A stretch of DNA of 64,000 nt, taken from assembly GCA_963667465.2 (NCBI GenBank), contig CAXXDN010000001.1, positions 544,001 to 608,000 of the forward strand. The letters run 5' to 3'. The notes under the pieces were generated by a model, which worked only from the letters and a program-made list of their open reading frames with translations, was not told the origin of the DNA and searched no databases. The stretch is from Dehalococcoidia bacterium. Its GTDB lineage: Bacteria; Chloroflexota; Dehalococcoidia; UBA2979. The translations under genes and the position numbers were made by a program. Shown here in pieces: positions 58,326 through 64,000 of the stretch (positions within the stretch are counted from its first letter, which is position 1; the number at the start of each line of letters is the position of its first letter).

Positions 58326-59159
58326 GTGAGCGCGGACTCGCTGCCATACACGGTCCTGATCCTGATCGCCGAACTGGCCGTCGGTTCGCTCGTCTTCGTC
58401 ACCTGGTTCGACGCGCGCGGGATGGTTACGCGCGGCTACGTGCAGACCGGCGCGGCGATCGTCGTGCCCTCTGCCGTGATCGCGTTGCTGATCGCCTTCA
58501 ACCTGGACCCGCAGGCGGGGATCGACGGTTACACGCTGCGCGGCGACACGCTCGAGGGCCTGCGCGTGGTGCTGGTGATCTTCACCGTCGTGGGTGGCGT
58601 GCACCTGGTAGCGGCGTTCACGGAGCGCGCCGCGCTGGCGCGCCTGCTCGGCTGGGGCGGTGGCGCGGTGGGCGTGGTCGCGATCGTGCTGCTTGCGGCG
58701 CTGGTCTCCGCGCCGGCCTGGTCCTACGCCGGTGTGCTGGCCAGCATGCTCGTCTCGGCGCTGGTCCTCGGCGGCTCGCTGATGGCGATGAGCTGGGGGC
58801 ACTGGTACCTGACGAACTCGGGGCTGCCCAAGGAGCCGCTCGAGCAGATGTCGCTGCTGGTCCTCGGGGCGCTGATCGCGCAGGCGCTGCTCATCGTGGC
58901 CGGGGCCGCCGCACCGGTGCGCGAGACGCCGCTGACGCAAGGTGCGTTCGGCGTCTCACTCGGCGAAAACCCGGCCTTCTGGTTCCGCGTCGGCGTGGGT
59001 CTGCTCTTCCCGCTCGTCCTCGCCTGGCTCGCCTGGAAGGCGGCGACGATCCGGGGAATGATGTCCGCCACCGGCTTGCTCTACATCGCCGTCGGCGCGG
59101 TCCTCGCGGGCGAGGTGCTCGCGCGCGGCCTGCTCTTCGCCACCGGCGCCGCCGTCTAG
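58326..59159 (+). CDS. Multi-pass membrane protein
   Basis: About 8 hydrophobic segments; GHWYL and SATGLLY motifs. Confidence 0.75.
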   Translation: MSADSLPYTVLILIAELAVGSLVFVTWFDARGMVTRGYVQTGAAIVVPSAVIALLIAFNLDPQAGIDGYTLRGDTLEGLRVVLVIFTVVGGVHLVAAFTERAALARLLGWGGGAVGVVAIVLLAALVSAPAWSYAGVLASMLVSALVLGGSLMAMSWGHWYLTNSGLPKEPLEQMSLLVLGALIAQALLIVAGAAAPVRETPLTQGAFGVSLGENPAFWFRVGVGLLFPLVLAWLAWKAATIRGMMSATGLLYIAVGAVLAGEVLARGLLFATGAAV

Positions 59160-59377
59160 TCTGTCCTTCGCCCCGGACCACCGCGCGGTCGCACCCTCGA
59201 GGCCTGCTCGTGGGGCATACAATCAGCGGCACGTCCGGCTGCGGATCGGAGGGGCTCCCCTTGGCCGACGCACACGTCGGCAGCGAGCCAGTCCCCCTGC
59301 GGCTCGGCCGTACCGAGGCGACGCGCCCGCGGGACGCCTCCTGCGCACAGGCCGTCGGCGATTCGCGCACGGAGCGG

Positions 59378-59688
59378 ATGGCGCCGGGGGACGGCCGTGC
59401 GCTTGAGCAGCGCTACGACCGCTGGTACATCCTCGTCTACCCGGTCGCGCTGCGCGTCGTGCGCGACCAGCTGCTGGCGGAGGACGTCGTGCAGGCGTGA
59501 ACGGGGTCTCGGCGGGCACGTTCCTGCACGTCGCCCTCGGGCGTCGGGCAGGTGTCCTGATCGAGGTGGGCGTCGCGTTAGCGCCGCGCATCGTGATCGT
59601 CACGCCCACGCAGCCGGACGGGGCGGATGGGCCGCAACCGCCGATCGTGCTGAGCGGCGACTCACGCCCTGACCTGTGCGTCGGGTGA
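59378..59688 (+). pseudogene. Collapsed ECF sigma factor / RskA-like anti-sigma remnant
   Basis: GDGRALEQRYDR..LVYPVALRVVRDQLLAEDVVQ (ECF sigma region 2) stops, then SAGTF...VTP..PDG..GP..PIVLSG (RskA-like C-terminus). Confidence 0.6.
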
Positions 59689-59725
59689 GCCCGCACGCCG
59701 AGCTTGAACCTGCGGGAGGGTCGAC

Positions 59726-60046
59726 ATGGAGGCAGGTAACGTAGTGGCGATGTTCCTCGAGGAGACGCGGTTCACCTCGCGGGAAGAGTGGGAGCAGGCC
59801 TGCGCCGGCGTGTGGGATGACGCGCTGGCGGAGCTGCGGACGAACCCCGGCTTCAAGGGGCTTGCCGCGTTCTGGGCCGATGACGCTACGGCGCGCGGCG
59901 GCGTCATGGGCCTGTGGGATTCGCTGGAGCACCGGCTGCGCTACGAGGCCCGGTCGGCTGGTACCGTGCGCGCGCTCTTCGATCCGTTCTTCACACGCGG
60001 CCCGCGCCGCCCCCGCCTCCACGTCACCAACGCCACGCTGGAGTAA
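59726..60046 (+). CDS. Hypothetical protein, ABM-like dimeric alpha-beta barrel
   Basis: PGFKG and GLWDSLE; GGAGG RBS. Confidence 0.6.
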   Translation: MEAGNVVAMFLEETRFTSREEWEQACAGVWDDALAELRTNPGFKGLAAFWADDATARGGVMGLWDSLEHRLRYEARSAGTVRALFDPFFTRGPRRPRLHVTNATLE

Positions 60047-60071
60047 CCGGGCCGCCCGGCGACGACCAGCG

Positions 60072-61286
60072 CTAGTCCGAAGACGCCGCCGCCGCGCCCT
60101 CCGCGGGCTCGGCGGCAGGTGGTTCGTCCGGCGGCTCGCCGGATGATTCGAGGCCGAAGTGGCGGGCGGCGTGGGACTGGGCGAGGGCAGCGTCCGGGTC
60201 CAGTCCACGGAGACGGCTGTCGGCGTACCAGAAGAGCTCCCGCAGCAGCGCCGTGAGCGGCACGATTACCAGCAGCCCGATGAAGCCGAAGACTGCGCCG
60301 GCAGCGACCAGCAGCAGGATGATGATCGCGGGGTGCAGGTCCACCGCCTGGCTCTGGATGCGCGGCACCAGCAGGTTGTTCTCCAACTGCTGCACCATCA
60401 CGAAGAGCAGCGCTACCCACAGGATCTTCTCCGGGTCCCCGCTTGCCGCCGCCATCAGCAGCGCCGGCAGCGCCCCGATCCATGGCCCGATGATCGGGAT
60501 CAACTCCGTGATGCCCGCGAAGATCGCGAGCGCGATCGATAGCTCCACGTCGATCAGCGTGAGCCCGATGAATGTCAGCACGCCGACCACCGCGCCCAGG
60601 ATGAGTTGCCCGCGCAGGTAGCGGCCGAGCAGGGCGTCGGCAATGCGAACGCTGTTGAAGAGGTCGGGCCGCGCGATGGCCGGCACCGCGGCTCCGAAGT
60701 TGTCCTCGAAGCGGTGGCGGTCACGCAGGGCGTAGAACAGCCAGAAGGGGACGATCGCGAAGCCGAACAGCACCGCGAGCGTCCTGGTCAGAACCGAGAA
60801 CGAGTCCGTCGTGTGGCTCGCGAGCTCGACGCCGATCCGGTCCGCGTTCTCCGCGATGGTCGTGTCGATGCGTTCGCGCACGTTGTCCGGGACGCGCTCG
60901 CGGTACTGGTCGAGCCAGGAGTTGATCTGGTCCTGCGCGCGCTGCCGCAGATCGGGGAACGAGTCGATGAACTCGGTGGCCTGATCGATCGCGACGGGCG
61001 CCACCAGCAGGCCGAGCCCGATCAGGATCGCGAGGATCACGAGGTACACGAGCAGGACGGCGAGGCCCCGCGAGATGACGTTCCTCTCCGGTGTGCCGCC
61101 CGGCAGGAACGAGGCGAGCGAGGCGATGTGGTCCACCGCCGGCGTCAGCACGTAGGCGAGGAGCCCGCCGACCGCGAACGGGAAGAGCGCCCAGCGCGCG
61201 CTCCACGCAATCCAGAGCACCACGCCTACCATCAGCAGCCAGAGCGCAACCCGCACCCGGGGTCTGGTCATGACGTGCTCACTCAC
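60072..61286 (-). CDS. AI-2E family transporter
   Basis: LLAYVLTPAV, YLRGQ, IPIIGPWI, QQLENNLLVP and LHP. Confidence 0.92.
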   Translation of the reverse strand: MSEHVMTRPRVRVALWLLMVGVVLWIAWSARWALFPFAVGGLLAYVLTPAVDHIASLASFLPGGTPERNVISRGLAVLLVYLVILAILIGLGLLVAPVAIDQATEFIDSFPDLRQRAQDQINSWLDQYRERVPDNVRERIDTTIAENADRIGVELASHTTDSFSVLTRTLAVLFGFAIVPFWLFYALRDRHRFEDNFGAAVPAIARPDLFNSVRIADALLGRYLRGQLILGAVVGVLTFIGLTLIDVELSIALAIFAGITELIPIIGPWIGALPALLMAAASGDPEKILWVALLFVMVQQLENNLLVPRIQSQAVDLHPAIIILLLVAAGAVFGFIGLLVIVPLTALLRELFWYADSRLRGLDPDAALAQSHAARHFGLESSGEPPDEPPAAEPAEGAAAASSD

Positions 61287-61464
61287 CCTCGTGCGTCGCT
61301 GGCCCGGCACGGACCGCCGGTCCGTTCGCCCATTGTGCCTGATACGCGCGGCGCAGGGAGACGCTCCAGTGTTCGCGACCATTGGCTCGCCATTGACATC
61401 TCGTGATGCGCGCAAGACGATAGCCGTGGCTGGGCCCCCCGGGGCCCGGTCACGAGGGAACGCG

Positions 61465-61893
61465 ATGGTCTCCAGGCAAACGCTCGAGCGACGAATCGCC
61501 GACAGCGGACGCCGCCTTACCGAACCGCGTCGCCAACTGATCGAGGCGATGCGCAACCTTGGCGACCACTTCACCGCCGACCAGGTCGTGCAGGAAGCTC
61601 CCGGCGTCGGTCGCGCAACCGTGTTCCGGACGATGCGGCTGCTGCAGGAAGTCGGCGTGCTCTGCCAGGTCGTGCTCGATGACGGCGCCGTCGGCTACCG
61701 GCTCACCGACAACGCGCGCCACCACCACCACCTGATCTGCTCCCAGTGCGGCGCCACCGACGATTTCGCGAGCGCCGGTATCGAGGACCAACTCGCCGAG
61801 CTGGGCCGTCAGAGCGGCTTCGACATCCACGGCCACCGGCTCGAGATCTACGGCGTCTGCGCCGCCTGCAACGAGGAGCTCGGCTGCCACTGA
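61465..61893 (+). CDS. zur: Fur-family regulator, probably Zur
   Basis: RLTEPRR, ATVFRT, HHHHLICSQC and GVCAAC; sits upstream of znuAC. Confidence 0.85.
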   Translation: MVSRQTLERRIADSGRRLTEPRRQLIEAMRNLGDHFTADQVVQEAPGVGRATVFRTMRLLQEVGVLCQVVLDDGAVGYRLTDNARHHHHLICSQCGATDDFASAGIEDQLAELGRQSGFDIHGHRLEIYGVCAACNEELGCH

Positions 61894-61949
61894 CGTGACT
61901 GCCGTAAGCCTGGGCGTCCACCCTCCAGACTGATATCCCGGGCTGATAC

Positions 61950-62038
61950 TGATATCCGGTATCTTGCGCGTCTTGCTGATACGGGGTATCGTGCCGCGGA
62001 TCAGCTGAGACGGGGTATCAGGATGATACCGGGTATCA
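61950..62038. promoter_or_regulatory. Four 15-bp palindromic operators (candidate Zur boxes)
   Basis: TGA(T/G)A(C/T)NNGGTATC(A/T/G) at 61950, 61977, 62006 and 62024. Confidence 0.75.
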
Positions 62039-62051
62039 GAAGAGGGTTGTG

Positions 62052-63284
62052 ATGCGTTACCTGTTCCCGCTGCGAGCGTTCTGGACGGCGCTCCTTCTCG
62101 TGCTCGCGCTCGCCGTTGCGGCAGCGTGCACCAGCGATGATGACGATGACGGCGACGGCGCTGCCGGCGGCGAGAGCATGCAGGTGGCCACCGCAGTGGC
62201 CACCCCGGCCGAACCCCTGCAGGTGGTCGCCTCGACCGGCATTATCGCCCACTTCGCCGAGCAGATCGCCGGCGACAACGCAGACGTCGTGTCCGTGATC
62301 CCGCCGGGCGCGGACGCGCACAGCTTCAGCGCCTCCACCACCGACATCCGCAACATCACGGCCGCCGACCTGGTGATCGTCAACGGCTACAACCTCGAGG
62401 AGGGCGCCCTCGCGACCATCTTCGAGCACCTGCCCGAGGACACCCACCTCGTGATCGCCGCCGCGGGGATCTCCCCGCTCGAGGGCGGACACCACGAGGA
62501 GGAGGAAGGCCACGGCGACGAGGACGAAGAGGGCGACCACGGCGACGAGGACGAAGAGGGCGAGGACCACGGCGACGAGGACGAAGAGGGCGAGGACCAC
62601 GGCGACGAGGACGAAGACGGCGACCACGGCGACGAGGACGAAGAGGGCGAGGACCACGGCGACGAGGACGAAGAGGGCGAGGACCACGGCGACGAGGACG
62701 AAGAGGGCGACCACCACGACGAAGAGATCGAGGTCGACGCGGAGCACGAGCTTGCCGTCGCCGATGGCGACCCGCACATGTGGCTCACCGTCTCGAACGC
62801 GATGGTCTACGTGCGCAACATCACGGACGGTCTGGTCGCGGCCGACCCGGCCAACGCGGCCGCCTACCGCGAGCGCGAAGCGGCCTACCTCGGCGAGCTG
62901 CAGGCGCTCGACGAGGAGGTCCGGGCGGCCATCTCCGGTATCCCGCAGGAACGCCGCGTGCTGATCGTCTACCACGACGCGTTCCAGTACTTCGCTGCCG
63001 AGTACGGGCTCGAGCTGGCCGCCGCCGTGCTGCCGGCCAGCCCCTCGCAACAGGCAAGCGCGGCGGCCGTCGCCGAGATCATCGATATCGTCGGCGATCG
63101 CGAGGTCGGCGCGGTGTACCGTGAGCCGCAGTTCGCCGCGGCCGCCCTCGATGCGATCGCCGGGGAGGCGGGCGTGCGTGTGCTGACGCTCTACACGGGC
63201 GCCTTCACGGACGAGGTCGACAGCTACGTCGAGTTGATGCGTGAGAACGCGAAGGCTCTGGTCGACGGGCTCGGCGGAGGGTAA
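62052..63284 (+). CDS. znuA: Zinc ABC transporter substrate-binding lipoprotein with a His/acidic loop
   Basis: Lipobox AAAC; PPGADAHSF, DPHMWL, YHDAFQYF and EPQF. Confidence 0.9.
   Translation: MRYLFPLRAFWTALLLVLALAVAAACTSDDDDDGDGAAGGESMQVATAVATPAEPLQVVASTGIIAHFAEQIAGDNADVVSVIPPGADAHSFSASTTDIRNITAADLVIVNGYNLEEGALATIFEHLPEDTHLVIAAAGISPLEGGHHEEEEGHGDEDEEGDHGDEDEEGEDHGDEDEEGEDHGDEDEDGDHGDEDEEGEDHGDEDEEGEDHGDEDEEGDHHDEEIEVDAEHELAVADGDPHMWLTVSNAMVYVRNITDGLVAADPANAAAYREREAAYLGELQALDEEVRAAISGIPQERRVLIVYHDAFQYFAAEYGLELAAAVLPASPSQQASAAAVAEIIDIVGDREVGAVYREPQFAAAALDAIAGEAGVRVLTLYTGAFTDEVDSYVELMRENAKALVDGLGGG
62511..62711 (+). repeat. Intragenic tandem repeat encoding HGDEDE[E/D]G(E)D x7
   Basis: 27- and 30-nt units starting cacggcgacgaggacgaaga. 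Confidence 0.92.
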
Positions 63285-63312
63285 CGTGCGCGGGCGGGGA
63301 ACGGAGCGACCG

Positions 63313-64000
63313 ATGACGTCTCGCCCCGAGCACGCGCACCATGGACACGACGCCCACGGGCCCGTCGGGCATGAGGATCCGACGCACATCCACGACGCCG
63401 TAGAGCTCGACGGCGCGGGCCATCGGGCCGCGCGCGCGAGGCTGGCGCCGGGACACATGCACGGCCCGCTCGCCCTCGAGGTCAAGGGCCTCTGGGCCGG
63501 CTACCCCGGCAAGCCTCCCGCGCTCGAGGACGTCAGCTTCGTTGTCCCCGAGGGCGAGATGGTCGGTCTCGTCGGACCGAACGGGGCCGGCAAGTCGACG
63601 CTGTTCAAGTCGATTCTCGGCGTCGTGCGGCCGTTGCTCGGCGAGGTGCGCGTCTTCGGGCGCCCCGTCTCGGAGACGCGGGCGGATGTCGCCTATACCC
63701 CGCAGGTCGAGGAGGTCGACTGGGAGTTCCCGGTCAGCGTCCGCGACGTGGTGCTGATGGGCTGCTGGCGCGGGAGCAGCCCGTTCCGCCGCTGGTCGCG
63801 GCAGGACCGCGAGGCCACGGAGGACGCGCTTGAGCGGGTCCAGCTCTCCGATCTCGCCAACCGCCAGGTCGGCGAGCTTTCGGGCGGCCAGCGCCGCCGC
63901 GTGCTGATCGCCCGCTCGATTGCGCGCGGCGCTCGGCTGCTTCTGCTCGACGAGCCCTTCGCCGGCCTTGATGCCGCCGTCGAGCACGACCTGCTCGCGA
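63313..64000 (+). CDS. znuC: Metal (Zn) ABC transporter ATPase, 3'-truncated by window edge
   Basis: GPNGAGKST, VDWEFPVSVRDVV, LSGGQRRR and LLLDEP; His-rich N-terminus. Confidence 0.9.
   Translation, partial: MTSRPEHAHHGHDAHGPVGHEDPTHIHDAVELDGAGHRAARARLAPGHMHGPLALEVKGLWAGYPGKPPALEDVSFVVPEGEMVGLVGPNGAGKSTLFKSILGVVRPLLGEVRVFGRPVSETRADVAYTPQVEEVDWEFPVSVRDVVLMGCWRGSSPFRRWSRQDREATEDALERVQLSDLANRQVGELSGGQRRRVLIARSIARGARLLLLDEPFAGLDAAVEHDLLA

Noticed and set aside
61880-61900. Zur ending GCH-TGA as another Sec site
   Set aside because: The domain is already complete, and I see no comparable hairpin or supporting paralogue.
1-64000. tRNA (including tRNA-Sec), rRNA, selABD, integrase or transposase genes
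   Set aside because: None recognised by eye; a tRNAscan-SE or Infernal run would be needed to exclude small RNAs.

Overview
High-GC bacterial chromosomal window. The gene content (several luciferase-like/F420-type oxidoreductases, several family III CoA-transferases, a PAC2 protein, a Cache lipoprotein and an HHW..CxxC microprotein) suggests Chloroflexota, class Dehalococcoidia; this is inference. It carries housekeeping genes (rpiB, ferritin, SucCD-like ligase, class A PBP, gatCA, trpS, argS, cobB, pgi/pmi), a large acyl-CoA/flavin catabolic region, three toxin-antitoxin-like pairs, REP-like repeats, two gene remnants and a zur-znuA-znuC locus with a multi-site operator. The main finding is a tandem pair of small paralogous genes at 42883-43469. 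Each appears to stop at CCGN[L/H]GEPGC-TGA, but each continues in frame for exactly 21 codons into a conserved His-rich tail ending in TAG. Each has an identical 17-nt hairpin 12 nt after the TGA, matching bacterial SECIS geometry. They are candidate unannotated Cys-Sec/His-tail selenoproteins. Three -1 frameshifts in C/G runs are probably sequencing errors. I saw no rRNA, tRNA or CRISPR array.
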